NCBI GenBank assembly: GCA_016196545.1
Contig: JACPXM010000036.1
Coordinates: forward strand, 483 to 64,482
DNA: 64,000 bases
Source: Candidatus Omnitrophota bacterium
GTDB lineage: Bacteria; Omnitrophota; Omnitrophia; Omnitrophales; Aquincolibacteriaceae
Reading direction: 5' to 3'
The notes under the pieces were generated by a model, which searched no databases, was not told the DNA's origin, and saw nothing but the letters and a program-made list of their open reading frames with translations. This document shows positions 1-8,854 of the stretch, piece after piece. Numbering within the stretch: the stretch's first letter is position 1; every line of letters starts with the position of its first letter. Both the position numbers and the translations under genes were made by a program.

Positions 1-566
1 GCCAGAAAACTTTCCACTTGTCCCCGCGGCCGCGCCGGTGCGCCCTCCACAATCGCAACGTATTCCTTTTGAAATTGGTTCCAGTGTTCCTGAAGCCACA
101 ACTTTACTTTTTCCGTTTTCGCAAAGACCAGAAGCCCGGAAACATCCCGGTCCAGGCGATGCACCACAAAAACCCTTTTTTGATATTCCGGGCGCCTCGT
201 ATTTTGAGCCGCCTTTTTATTCAAATAATCGTTGACGGCAAAAATTGCGGTTTCGCGCTGGATTTTATCGGTGGCAATCGTAAGCAGGCCGGCTGGTTTG
301 TTGATAACGAGTAACGTCTCGTCCTCAAAAATAATTTCAAGGTGGAATTGAAGCGCGGAAGTCGTGGCCCGTGCCACGGAAGTATCGAGCATAAGTTCAT
401 CTCCGGGCCGCAGCTGAAAATTAAATTGCGTGGTAATTCTGTGATTGACGGAAATACAGCCGTGCTTCAAATGCTGTTTCAGGCGGGTTCGCTTGATGTC
501 CGGCAGGGCGGCCATCAAAAAATCCAGTAGTTCCGCAACCTTTTCAATTCTAATGATCTTTTTCAC
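1..566 (-). CDS. RluA-family pseudouridine synthase, N-terminal part (C-terminus lies left of the window)
   Basis: Absent from the ORF track because it runs off the window edge. My minus-strand translation from GTG 566 reads VKKIIRIEKVAELLDFLMAALPDIKRTRLKQHL (S4-like N-terminus), then LLVINKPAGLLT and VVHRLDRDVSGLLVFAKT (HRLD catalytic-Asp motif of RluA-type synthases). The start is uncertain: GTG 566 or ATG 515. Confidence 0.8.
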   Translation of the reverse strand, partial: MKKIIRIEKVAELLDFLMAALPDIKRTRLKQHLKHGCISVNHRITTQFNFQLRPGDELMLDTSVARATTSALQFHLEIIFEDETLLVINKPAGLLTIATDKIQRETAIFAVNDYLNKKAAQNTRRPEYQKRVFVVHRLDRDVSGLLVFAKTEKVKLWLQEHWNQFQKEYVAIVEGAPARPRGQVESFL

Positions 567-642
567 AGACCTCTATATAGCACAGCCGGTGATTCATTTA
601 AAGATATGCTTCAAACTTGTGTCGAAGGAAGCCAATTAATGC

Positions 643-1003
643 GTGATTCACGACAGGGCCTGTCACGGGAACATCCCATCCGTGCTCGGAGGATTCCTGC
701 GCGCGGATGGGAGCCCTGTTCCCGTGCCACCCCTCGTGAATCACTTTTAATTTAAGGAGTCGATCGTGCCACAAGCCTCTCGCAGCCTTCGCCAAAAAAA
801 AGCGCGGGTGGCGCCGGGTTTTCTGTAAGGGAGAGGAGAAAAGCCCTTTCCCAAAAGCCACACTCCGTGGTGACTCCAGGCATCCGCAAAGCCGAGGGTT
901 GCCGGTGAACAGAACCAAACAATCCCGGATGGCTTGGACAATACTGAGTGCCTTTGCTTGGAAAAACCAACTGCTCCATGGGAAAGGGCTTTTCGACGAC
1001 TCC
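643..1003. ncRNA. Unassigned GC-rich structured noncoding region; candidate ncRNA(s) or MITE-like palindromic DNA, strand unresolved
   Basis: No credible ORF; the track ORFs here overlap each other in all frames. Rod 1 (643-744): GTGATTCACGA/TCGTGAATCAC, CACGGGAACA/TGTTCCCGTG and TCCCATCCG/CGGATGGGA are nested around a 21-nt loop. Rod 2: perfect 15-bp pairing of GAAAAGCCCTTTCCC (838-852) with GGGAAAGGGCTTTTC (980-994), enclosing further nested pairings (CATCCG/CGGATG, CCAC/GTGG). GGAGTCG (756-762) pairs with CGACTCC (997-1003). The region looks visibly more GC-rich than its flanks. Confidence 0.35.
794..814 (-). terminator. Intrinsic-terminator-like hairpin plus U-run (minus strand) inside the structured region
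   Basis: The minus strand reads GCGC-CACCC-GCGC followed by TTTTTTTT. The stem is only 4 bp, so this is weak. Confidence 0.3.
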
Positions 1004-1060
1004 CTGGGAAAACTCGGCGACGGGTCCCGCGCGATTATCGCTAGAGAGCGCTGTATCCCC

Positions 1061-1089
1061 TTGACACATATTCTTTATATTGGCATACT
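1061..1089 (+). promoter_or_regulatory. Candidate sigma-70 promoter for hisI-trp operon
   Basis: TTGACA (1061-1066), a 17-nt spacer, then CATACT (1084-1089). It lies about 30 nt upstream of the hisI RBS AAAGGAG. Confidence 0.4.
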
Positions 1090-1117
1090 CGAACGCTTAA
1101 ACCCAAAGGAGTTAGGA

Positions 1118-1495
1118 ATGATACCGTTTAAAACTAACGATAAAGGTCTCATTGCCTGTATCATTCAAGACGTAGATTCCGGTGAAGTTTTAATGCTGGC
1201 CTATATGGACAAAACTGCGATTGAACGCACCTTGAAGGAAAAAAAGACCGTTTTTTATTCGCGATCAAGGAATAAATACTGGGTAAAAGGCGAGGAATCG
1301 GGGCATATTCAGGAAGTGAAATCCGTATTCACCGACTGCGACCAGGACACTATTTTGATCAAGGTGAAGCAAACCGGCGGGGCCTGCCATTTGGGCTACC
1401 GCACCTGTTTTGTTCATGAATTGAATGAAGCCGGGGATGTCGCAAGAATCACGCAGGAAAAGGTATTTGATCCCGATAAAACCTATAAAAAATAA
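1118..1495 (+). CDS. hisI: Phosphoribosyl-AMP cyclohydrolase (monofunctional HisI)
   Basis: Internal ATG of track ORF 899..1495, preceded by AAAGGAG. The sequence [39 protein letters not shown]...[17 protein letters not shown]...[11 protein letters not shown]...[12 protein letters not shown] is typical of HisI. The 5' extension of the track ORF lies in the structured noncoding region. Confidence 0.9.
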   Translation: MIPFKTNDKGLIACIIQDVDSGEVLMLAYMDKTAIERTLKEKKTVFYSRSRNKYWVKGEESGHIQEVKSVFTDCDQDTILIKVKQTGGACHLGYRTCFVHELNEAGDVARITQEKVFDPDKTYKK

Positions 1496-1502
1496 CAAAC
1501 CT

Positions 1503-1541
1503 TACCGGTTCCAGGTTGCCGCCGGCAACCTGGAACCGGTA
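1503..1541. repeat. 39-nt perfect palindrome, copy 1 (REP-like element / bidirectional terminator hairpin)
   Basis: TACCGGTTCCAGGTTGCC-GCC-GGCAACCTGGAACCGGTA, an 18-bp stem, between the hisI stop and the trpE start. Confidence 0.85.
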
Positions 1542-1553
1542 GAATTATAAACG

Positions 1554-2987
1554 ATGCAAATTATTCCTGACTATTCAATATTTAAAAAACTTGGCCGCAA
1601 AGGGAATCTCGCGGCTGTCATGGCCCAAATCCCAGCGGACCTTGAAACGCCGGTTTCGGCCTTTTTGAAGCTGGCCTCAGCGCTTCCTCATGCCTTCCTC
1701 TTGGAGTCCGCGGAGCAGCAGGAGCGCATTGGCCGCTTTTCGATTATTGGCCTGAGGCCTCGAAAGGTGATCACGGCGGATTTTTCCTCAAAGGATTTTC
1801 TAGCCTCGCTGAAAACGCTGCTTCAAGGCTTGCAGCTCGCCAACGCTGAGGATGTTCCGGGATTTTCCGGAGGTCTGGTCGGATTCATGAGCTATGAAAG
1901 GGTGCGGGAATTTGAAACGATTCATCTGAAATCCAAAAATGGCCCGCGAATTCCCGAGGGCATTTTTCACCTTTCCCAGGAGCTCGTGATTTTTGACCAT
2001 TTTCAAAAAAGTCTTTTCCTCGTCGATATCGTAGATATTTCCCGAGGGGCCTCACGAAGCGTTTACCGCAAGGCCTTGCGGCGAATCCGTCATCGGATTC
2101 ACGCCTTGAATCAGCCGCTGAAAATCAAGCCCAAAAAGAGCCATCCTCCTCGAAGCGTACATCCTCATTCGAATATTCAGCCTTCAAAATTTTATGAAAA
2201 AGTAAAAAAGATCAAAACCTACATCCGCGCGGGGGATTGCATCCAAGTGGTATTATCCCAGCGTTTCGCGCTTCCTTTGATTCAAGATGATTTTCAAATT
2301 TACCGCGCGCTGCGCTCGATTAATCCCTCGCCCTACATGTTTTATTTTCGCTCAGGAAAAATTCGCCTGATTGGTTCCTCGCCCGAAATGCTCGTCAAAA
2401 AGACGGGTCGCCTGGCCGAGGTCAGGCCCATTGCGGGTACGCGACCCCGCGGAGCGGACGAGGCCGAAGATATTTGCCTTGAAGAAAGTCTTAAGAAATC
2501 ACCCAAAGAAATGGCAGAACATTTAATGCTCGTCGATCTGGGCCGCAACGATCTGGGCAGGGTCTGTGAATTTAGCTCCGTAAAGGTCAAAGACTTCGCG
2601 CGTGTGGAACGTTATTCCCATGTCATGCATTTAGTCACGGACGTGATTGGCAAACTGAAGTTGCATCACGACGCCTTTGATTTGCTGAAGGCCGCCTTCC
2701 CGGCCGGCACGGTCACCGGCGCTCCGAAAATCCGCGCGATGCAAATTATCGATGAGCTTGAAACTCAGGCCCGTGGTCCTTATGCAGGGTCCCTCGGCTA
2801 TTTCGGCTTTAACGGCGATATGGATATGTGCCTCACGATACGCACGCTTTTTACCGACGGAAAAAAATTTTATTTGCAGGCCGGCGCGGGGATTGTGAAA
2901 GATTCTGACCCCAAACGGGAGTTTCAGGAAACGGTGAATAAAGCAAAGGCACTGATCAAAGCGATTGAGATAAAAGATCAATTCTAA
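1554..2987 (+). CDS. trpE: Anthranilate synthase component I
   Basis: 477 aa. Chorismate-binding motifs LVDLGRNDLGRV, GAPKIRAMQIIDELE and RGPYAGSLGYF. Followed by trpG, trpD, trpC and trpF. Confidence 0.92.
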   Translation: MQIIPDYSIFKKLGRKGNLAAVMAQIPADLETPVSAFLKLASALPHAFLLESAEQQERIGRFSIIGLRPRKVITADFSSKDFLASLKTLLQGLQLANAEDVPGFSGGLVGFMSYERVREFETIHLKSKNGPRIPEGIFHLSQELVIFDHFQKSLFLVDIVDISRGASRSVYRKALRRIRHRIHALNQPLKIKPKKSHPPRSVHPHSNIQPSKFYEKVKKIKTYIRAGDCIQVVLSQRFALPLIQDDFQIYRALRSINPSPYMFYFRSGKIRLIGSSPEMLVKKTGRLAEVRPIAGTRPRGADEAEDICLEESLKKSPKEMAEHLMLVDLGRNDLGRVCEFSSVKVKDFARVERYSHVMHLVTDVIGKLKLHHDAFDLLKAAFPAGTVTGAPKIRAMQIIDELETQARGPYAGSLGYFGFNGDMDMCLTIRTLFTDGKKFYLQAGAGIVKDSDPKREFQETVNKAKALIKAIEIKDQF

Positions 2988-3003
2988 CCCAAAAGGTACC
3001 AGG

Positions 3004-3042
3004 TACCGGTTCCAGGTTGCCGGCGGCAACCTGGAACCGGTA
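3004..3042. repeat. 39-nt palindrome, copy 2 (inverted relative to copy 1)
   Basis: TACCGGTTCCAGGTTGCC-GGC-GGCAACCTGGAACCGGTA. The arms are identical to copy 1 and the central triplet is GGC instead of GCC, meaning the opposite orientation. Flanked by extra GGTACC-containing imperfect repeats and a downstream T-run (GTTGTTTTTTGG), between trpE and trpG. Confidence 0.85.
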
Positions 3043-3082
3043 GAAGGACCGGGTACCGAGGGGTTGTTTTTTGGAGTGAGCG

Positions 3083-3652
3083 ATGTTACTCGTCATTGAT
3101 AATTACGATTCCTTTACCTACAACCTGGTCCAATACCTCGGGGAGCTCGACGCAAAGCCGATTGTCTTCCGCAACGATGAAATTTCAATCGCGAAAATTA
3201 AACGCTTAAAACCCCGCCAAATCGTGATTTCTCCCGGGCCTTGCACGCCGCTTGAAGCCGGGATTTCTAACGATGTGATTTCCGCATTCAGCGGCAAAAC
3301 ACCCCTCCTGGGTGTTTGTCTGGGCCATCAATGCATCGGCCATGTGTTTGGCGGAAAGGTCATCCGTGCCAAGCGTATTATGCACGGGAAAGTATCCTCC
3401 ATTTATCACAAAGGAAAGGAGATTTTTAAAGGGCTCTCCAATCCTTTTACCGCGACGCGATATCACTCGCTTTTAGTGGAAAAAAAATCCCTTCCTCCTG
3501 CCCTGGAAATCACAGCCTGGACCCGGGATCAGGAAATTATGGGCTTACGCCACAAAAAATATCCGGTTTGGGGTGTGCAATTTCATCCGGAGTCGGTTTT
3601 GACGGTGGAAGGCAAAAAACTGCTGAAAAATTTTCTGAAATTAACCCAATGA
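3083..3652 (+). CDS. trpG: Anthranilate synthase component II (glutamine amidotransferase)
   Basis: 189 aa. GVCLGHQ catalytic Cys motif and an FHPES His/Glu motif. Confidence 0.92.
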   Translation: MLLVIDNYDSFTYNLVQYLGELDAKPIVFRNDEISIAKIKRLKPRQIVISPGPCTPLEAGISNDVISAFSGKTPLLGVCLGHQCIGHVFGGKVIRAKRIMHGKVSSIYHKGKEIFKGLSNPFTATRYHSLLVEKKSLPPALEITAWTRDQEIMGLRHKKYPVWGVQFHPESVLTVEGKKLLKNFLKLTQ

Positions 3653-3665
3653 CGAACCGAAAAAA

Positions 3666-4700
3666 ATGAAAATTGAACCCTCCTTAAGCAATCTTATTCA
3701 AGGCCGCACCTTGCCGGAAGGCGAGGCCTATTCTCTTTTTCTGGAAATTTTTAAGGGGCACATTCCGGAGGCCGCCGTAAAGGCTATTTTGCTTCTCCTG
3801 GGCGCCAAAGGCGAAAGCTCCACGGAATTAAGCGGCTGCCTGAAGGCCTTGAGGGAGCTTGAAAAGCCCGAAAAACTTTCATGGCCAAAAGTGATTGACA
3901 CCTGCGGTACGGGAGGGGACGCAAAGGCGAGCGCCAATATCTCCACCCTCTCGGCCTTTGTGATCGCCGGCGCCGGCGCTCAAGTGGCCAAGCACGGGAA
4001 TCGTTCGATTTCCTCAAAATGCGGAAGCTCGGATTTGATGGAAGCCCTGGGTATTCGTCTGGATGCCCCTGCCACTCAAATGAAAAAAGCGATTCGCGAA
4101 TGCGGACTCGGCTATTTTCATGCGCCGTATTATCATCCGGTTTTTTCAAGGATGCAGCCGCTGCGTAAAAAACTCAAAACCCGCACACTTTTTAATATGC
4201 TGGGACCTTTGGCCAATCCCTACAAATTAAAGTATCAGATGATCGGCGTTTCACGGGCCGAATGGGTGCCTCTATTCGCCGAAGTCTTACGAAAAAATAA
4301 AATTCAAAGCGGCCTTGTGATTCACAGCCGGGATGGCATGGATGAAATATCCAGTGAAGTCCCAACCCAGGCGGCGTGGGTAAAGCAGGGGAGGATTCGT
4401 GCGGAATGGATAAAACCTAAGGCTATCCTTCATCCTGAGGCGAAGCCGAAGAATCTCAGGAGGACCCTAAAAATCAATAGCATCGCTAAAAATAAACAGA
4501 TCGCGTTAGCGGTTTTGCAAAACAAACTTTACGGTCCTATTCGCGATACCGTCTTAATCAACGCCGCTGCCGGCCTTGTCACGCTGGGAAAAGTAAAAAA
4601 TCTCAAGGAAGGGCTTCGAAGGGCCGATCAATCGCTTGTTTCGGGAAGGGCCTACCGCGTTTATCGGGAGCTGAAAAGGATTTCGCGTCAAAAATCATGA
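3666..4700 (+). CDS. trpD: Anthranilate phosphoribosyltransferase
   Basis: 344 aa. Motifs CGTGGDAKASANIST and KHGNRS. Confidence 0.92.
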   Translation: MKIEPSLSNLIQGRTLPEGEAYSLFLEIFKGHIPEAAVKAILLLLGAKGESSTELSGCLKALRELEKPEKLSWPKVIDTCGTGGDAKASANISTLSAFVIAGAGAQVAKHGNRSISSKCGSSDLMEALGIRLDAPATQMKKAIRECGLGYFHAPYYHPVFSRMQPLRKKLKTRTLFNMLGPLANPYKLKYQMIGVSRAEWVPLFAEVLRKNKIQSGLVIHSRDGMDEISSEVPTQAAWVKQGRIRAEWIKPKAILHPEAKPKNLRRTLKINSIAKNKQIALAVLQNKLYGPIRDTVLINAAAGLVTLGKVKNLKEGLRRADQSLVSGRAYRVYRELKRISRQKS

Positions 4701-5521
4701 TTTTGAATGACATTTTAATTCAGAAAAAAAAGGACCTGGAAGAACTCAAGCGGCGCTTTCCCCTGCATCGCTTGCGCGAGGCCTGTTCCCATCATCCCTT
4801 ATCGGGCTTGCGCTCTTTTCAGAAAGCGATTAGCGGCACCCGCAAATTGAATTTAATCTGTGAAATTAAAAAGGCCTCGCCCTCAGAGGGAATTTTGAGA
4901 GAAGACTTTCAACCCCTGCGGCTTGCCGGAATCTTGGAATACGGGGGAGCCGCCGCCCTTTCGGTTTTGACCGAGCCTCACTTTTTCAAAGGCAGGCCTT
5001 CTTATTTAAAAACGATTCGTCAAGTCACCACGATCCCGATTTTAAGAAAGGATTTTATCCTGGAAACTTATCAGCTTTATGAAAGCGCGCTCTTGGAAGC
5101 CGATGCCTATCTTTTAATTGCTTCGATTTTAACCGAATCCGAGCTTCAAGAGCTCTTGCGGCTCGGCCGCGAGCTTCATATGGATGCCTTGGTCGAGGTG
5201 CACGCCGAAGAAGACCTTAAAAAAGCAATCGGAGTCGGTGCTACCCTGATTGGGATCAATAACCGCGACCTTCGCAATCTCAGTGTGGATCCTCACCGTG
5301 CCAAAAGATTAATTCCTTACGTCCCAAAAGGTGTTACGATTGTTGTGGAAAGCGGCCTCGGCCGTCGAGAGGATCTTATGGAATACAAAAGTATGGGGGT
5401 CAGCGCCTTTTTAATCGGTACCTCCTTGATGAAGGCGCCGGAGCCCTTGGAAAAACTTGCCGAGCTTTTCGGCGAAGATCGCAAATGGAAAAAGGCAGGA
5501 GCTTCCTATGACCAAGGTTAA
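4697..5521 (+). CDS. trpC: Indole-3-glycerol phosphate synthase
   Basis: 274 aa. Motifs ICEIKKASPS and GINNRDL. 4-nt overlap with the trpD stop. Confidence 0.9.
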   Translation: MILNDILIQKKKDLEELKRRFPLHRLREACSHHPLSGLRSFQKAISGTRKLNLICEIKKASPSEGILREDFQPLRLAGILEYGGAAALSVLTEPHFFKGRPSYLKTIRQVTTIPILRKDFILETYQLYESALLEADAYLLIASILTESELQELLRLGRELHMDALVEVHAEEDLKKAIGVGATLIGINNRDLRNLSVDPHRAKRLIPYVPKGVTIVVESGLGRREDLMEYKSMGVSAFLIGTSLMKAPEPLEKLAELFGEDRKWKKAGASYDQG

Positions 5522-6164
5522 GATTTGCGGCAACACACGTCCTGAAGATGTCAAACTTGCGGTTTCTCTTGGGGCCGATTATGTCGGATTTATTTTTGCG
5601 GAAAGCAAACGAAAAATTGATATCCCCCGCGCCCAGGAAATGATGAAGGCCGTCCCGGGATTTAAGAATTTTGTCGGCGTCTTCTTCAATCAGCCGAAAG
5701 TGGAAGTCAAAAAAATCGCCGAGGAGCTTGATCTTCGCTGGCTTCAATTCCACGGAGAAGAGACCGCGCGCTATTGCAAGTTCTTTGTGGAAAAAGGATA
5801 CTCGGTGATTAAGACCTTCCGCATTCGCGATACCATGAGCCACAAACGACTGGATGAATATGATGTCTCGGCCATTATGTTTGACACCTTTGACAAAGAC
5901 ATGAAAGGAGGGACGGGAAAGACTTTTGATTGGAACTTGATTGAAGACCGACCCTACGTTCATGAAAAACTTTTTCTTTCCGGCGGCTTGAATCCGGATA
6001 ATGTTCGCGAGGCCATCCTTAAAGTCCGCCCTTTTGCGGTTGATATTTCCAGTGGTGTTGAAGCCGCCCCCGGCCAAAAAGACCCGGAACTTTTAAAAAC
6101 CTTTATTCAAATCGCCAAAGAGAGTCTCCCGGCCCATGCCTCTAAAGGATCCGTTCGTTCATAA
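5508..6164 (+). CDS. trpF: Phosphoribosylanthranilate isomerase
   Basis: Internal ATG (MTKVKICGNT) of track ORF 5457..6164, preceded by GGCAGGAG. It overlaps the trpC end by 14 nt. Confidence 0.88.
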   Translation: MTKVKICGNTRPEDVKLAVSLGADYVGFIFAESKRKIDIPRAQEMMKAVPGFKNFVGVFFNQPKVEVKKIAEELDLRWLQFHGEETARYCKFFVEKGYSVIKTFRIRDTMSHKRLDEYDVSAIMFDTFDKDMKGGTGKTFDWNLIEDRPYVHEKLFLSGGLNPDNVREAILKVRPFAVDISSGVEAAPGQKDPELLKTFIQIAKESLPAHASKGSVRS

Positions 6165-7308
6165 ACTCCTGAAGCGTTTTGACAAGGTGGATCAGTCAAC
6201 GCTCAAACAATGCCTCAGTAGCCTCTCTGAAGAGAACGCTCTTTATCTGGAAATTTTAAACCGTTTGCAGGAGGGCGTGATTTTGGCCGACGAGGACGGA
6301 GTGGTGCGCCTTTTAAATGACGAGGCGGCCCTGTGGCTTGGAATTCAGGACCCGGCAAAGCCGATGAATCTCCTGAAGGATTTGGGGGATTCCGAGGTTG
6401 CAGATTTTGTACGCGAACACTGGCGCCGCAGTGAGCGCCTGACGGCCAATTTTAAAGTCCTCTCTCCCCGCGAGACGTGGTTTCGCGTTTTTGTGATTCC
6501 GCTTCAGAGTCCAAAACCCAAAGTCCTCCTCTTGTTTGTGAATCTTGGCGAAAGTCCCGAAGAAAAAATTGCCGTGGGCCGTGAAGAAGCGGTGCAAGCC
6601 CTCTTAAGTCTCGCTGCGGGAGTGGCCCACGAAATCGGAAACCCCTTAAATTCCATCGGCATTCATTTACAGCTCCTTAAAAAGCAGCTCCATTCCCCCA
6701 AGGAATTCAGCAAGGCCAATGGACTCAAGACCGTTCAAGTGCTGGAATCAGAAACCCAGCGACTGGATAAAATTATTCGTAATTTTCTCAAGGCGACGCG
6801 CAAGCCGCCCCTTCGATTCCGCACCGAAGATATCCATGAAATCCTTGATGAAGCCCTCGAGGTGCTCAAGCCCGAGTTTGCCCAGCGAAAAATCAAGGTA
6901 GAATACCGCAAGGACCCGGAGCTGCCGCATTTTTTGATGGACCGGTTGCGCCTCTATCAGGCCTTTATGAATTTGATGAAAAATGCGATTGAGGCCATGC
7001 CCCGGGCAGGCACGCTCAAGATTTCAGTTTCGCACAAAGAAAAAATAGCCGTGCTAAGATTTCAAGACCAGGGGCTGGGAATCACGGAAAAAGATCTGCC
7101 TCATATTTTTGAGGCTTATTACACCACCAAAGAAGAAGGCTCCGGCCTCGGCCTCGCCTTTGTCTTAAGCGCTGTTCGCGAGCACGGCGGACGCATTGAA
7201 GTCGTAAGCAAGGCGAAAAAAGGCACCACGTTTGTGCTCCTGCTTCCCATCCGCCAGCCGCGGCTTCAGCTTCCGCAGTACAAATCAAAGGAAGGAAAAT
7301 CCGAATGA
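6136..7308 (+). CDS. Sensor histidine kinase (cytoplasmic, PAS-like N-terminus, NtrB-like)
   Basis: 390 aa. H-box AHEIGNPLNSI, N-box MNLMKNAIEA and G-box GSGLGLA. No obvious TM segment. Confidence 0.88.
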   Translation: MPLKDPFVHKLLKRFDKVDQSTLKQCLSSLSEENALYLEILNRLQEGVILADEDGVVRLLNDEAALWLGIQDPAKPMNLLKDLGDSEVADFVREHWRRSERLTANFKVLSPRETWFRVFVIPLQSPKPKVLLLFVNLGESPEEKIAVGREEAVQALLSLAAGVAHEIGNPLNSIGIHLQLLKKQLHSPKEFSKANGLKTVQVLESETQRLDKIIRNFLKATRKPPLRFRTEDIHEILDEALEVLKPEFAQRKIKVEYRKDPELPHFLMDRLRLYQAFMNLMKNAIEAMPRAGTLKISVSHKEKIAVLRFQDQGLGITEKDLPHIFEAYYTTKEEGSGLGLAFVLSAVREHGGRIEVVSKAKKGTTFVLLLPIRQPRLQLPQYKSKEGKSE

Positions 7309-8681
7309 ATCTTCACGCCTCCATTCTTGTTGTCGATGACGAAAAAAATACCCGGGAAGGCATGAAGCAATACCTGGAATCGGGGGACTATGACGTGATG
7401 ACGGCCGCCGACGGCCGAGAGGGTTGGGAAATCTTTCTCAAGGAAAGCCCCGACCTTGTACTGGCTGACATTCGCATGCCCTCGCTCGGCGGCGTGGAGC
7501 TTCTTGAAAAAATTAAAAATCAGAATCCTAAAATACCGGTTATTTTAATGACGGCGTATGGGTCCGTGGAAGATGCCGTGAAGGCCATTAAGAAAGGGGC
7601 CTTTTATTATTTGACCAAGCCGGTTCATATGGAAGAGCTGGATTATTTGGTGAAAAAGGCGCTTTCAAGCCGCCAGCTCGAGGAAGAAAATCAGGAGCTG
7701 CGCCAGGCGCTTTTTCAGGAAAAATTTGAGCGCGGGGACATTCTTGGGAATTCCCAGAAGGTCCGGGAATTACTTGAAACCGTGGATAAAATTGCAAAAT
7801 CAAATGCGGCCGTTCTTATCGAAGGGGAAAGCGGCACCGGAAAAGAGTTAATTGCGCACCGCATTCATGCCTTGAGTGAGCGCAGCGGAAGGCCGTTTGT
7901 GGCGGTCCATTGCGCCGCGCTTACCGAAACGCTTTTACCCAGCGAGCTTTTCGGCCACGAGCGCGGGGCCTTTACCGGTGCCAGCGAACGTAAGATCGGA
8001 CGTTTCGAACGGGCGAATCAGGGGACTCTTTTTCTGGACGAAGTCGGGGAGATTTCGCAGGAAACCCAGGTCAAGTTGCTGCGCGTGCTTCAGGAAGGCG
8101 AATTTGAGCGCGTGGGCGGCGTCAAGACCCTTAAAGTGGACGTCCGCCTTATTTGCGCGACGAACAAGAATCTGATTCAGGAGGTGAAGGCCGGACGATT
8201 CCGGGAAGACCTGTATTACCGCATCAACGTTATTTATTTGAAGGTCCCGCCGCTTCGCGAAAGAAAAGAGGACATTTCGATTTTAGTGGATTCATTTATC
8301 CCGTCCCTTTCCCAGGCGAATCACAAAAAAATCGTGGGGATCGATACGCAAGCCCTCCACGCCTTAATCCAATATGACTGGCCGGGCAATGTCCGGGAGC
8401 TCAAAAATATCATCGAGCGAATGGTGGTTTTAAGCACGGACTCAAAACTTCATCTTCCCAATGTTCCTGAGGATATTCGGCAAGGCTCCAGCGGCGCCAG
8501 CCCGAATTTCGCCGTTTCAAGTCCTCTTTTTTCGTCCCCGCCCTCCTCCCTCAATGAAATGGAAAAAGAAATGATTAAAAATACTCTTTTCCAAGTTAAA
8601 GGCAATAAATCCAGAGCCGCCAAAAAATTGGGAATTTCCCGCCGCACACTCTACCGCAAATTGACGGAATATAACCTCTAA
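7305..8681 (+). CDS. Sigma-54-dependent response regulator (NtrC family)
   Basis: 458 aa. REC domain (DIRMP), AAA+ domain with GESGTGKE and the GAFTGA loop (ELFGHERGAFTGA), and a C-terminal Fis-type HTH (AAKKLGISRRTLYRKL). Confidence 0.93.
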   Translation: MNLHASILVVDDEKNTREGMKQYLESGDYDVMTAADGREGWEIFLKESPDLVLADIRMPSLGGVELLEKIKNQNPKIPVILMTAYGSVEDAVKAIKKGAFYYLTKPVHMEELDYLVKKALSSRQLEEENQELRQALFQEKFERGDILGNSQKVRELLETVDKIAKSNAAVLIEGESGTGKELIAHRIHALSERSGRPFVAVHCAALTETLLPSELFGHERGAFTGASERKIGRFERANQGTLFLDEVGEISQETQVKLLRVLQEGEFERVGGVKTLKVDVRLICATNKNLIQEVKAGRFREDLYYRINVIYLKVPPLRERKEDISILVDSFIPSLSQANHKKIVGIDTQALHALIQYDWPGNVRELKNIIERMVVLSTDSKLHLPNVPEDIRQGSSGASPNFAVSSPLFSSPPSSLNEMEKEMIKNTLFQVKGNKSRAAKKLGISRRTLYRKLTEYNL

Positions 8682-8684
8682 AAC

Positions 8685-8707
8685 CAAAAGGAACCTGGAA
8701 CCTTTTG
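8685..8707 (+). terminator. Hairpin after the NtrC-type gene
   Basis: CAAAAGG-AACCTGGAA-CCTTTTG. The loop shares AACCTGGAACC with the palindrome family. No long T-run. Confidence 0.3.
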
Positions 8708-8854
8708 CATCTCTGTGAGTCAAAGGGATACACGAATGCCCTTATTCCGCTTAGGGGATACTGGCATGAATATTGATCAACTAGTGGTAGAAATGATTCT
8801 GAGTCACTCTGAATGCAAGACTCGGGATGACAAATAGACGATAAGGAGATCAAC

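Noticed and set aside
600-1060. Tested the structured region against RNase P RNA, tmRNA, SRP RNA and a cobalamin riboswitch.
   Set aside because: - RNase P: ACAGAACC/ACAGAAAACCCGG-like strings occur, but the invariant GAGGAAAGUCC is absent and the spacing is far too short.
- tmRNA: no tRNA-like CCACCA 3' end and no tag reading frame.
- SRP RNA: no GGAA/AGCA domain IV motif.
- Cobalamin riboswitch: no B12 box.
598-1069. Track ORFs 598..918, 747..941 and 752..1069 (minus strand), and the 5' part of 899..1495.
   Set aside because: They are mutually overlapping reading frames in a GC-rich palindromic region. They have no RBS, and their sequences are low-complexity Pro/Arg/Gly-rich, typical of noncoding GC-rich DNA. 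hisI has its own RBS and ATG at 1118.
5400-6077. Long antisense ORFs opposite well-supported genes, for example 5400..6077, 8596..9123, 9983..10498, 23651..24355, 31814..32632, 41853..42341, 48886..49473, 59867..60481 and 60512..60928.
   Set aside because: These are shadow ORFs. Each lies entirely within a gene with strong family motifs on the other strand and has an odd composition (Phe/Gly/Arg/His-rich). None has a motif or a sensible start context.
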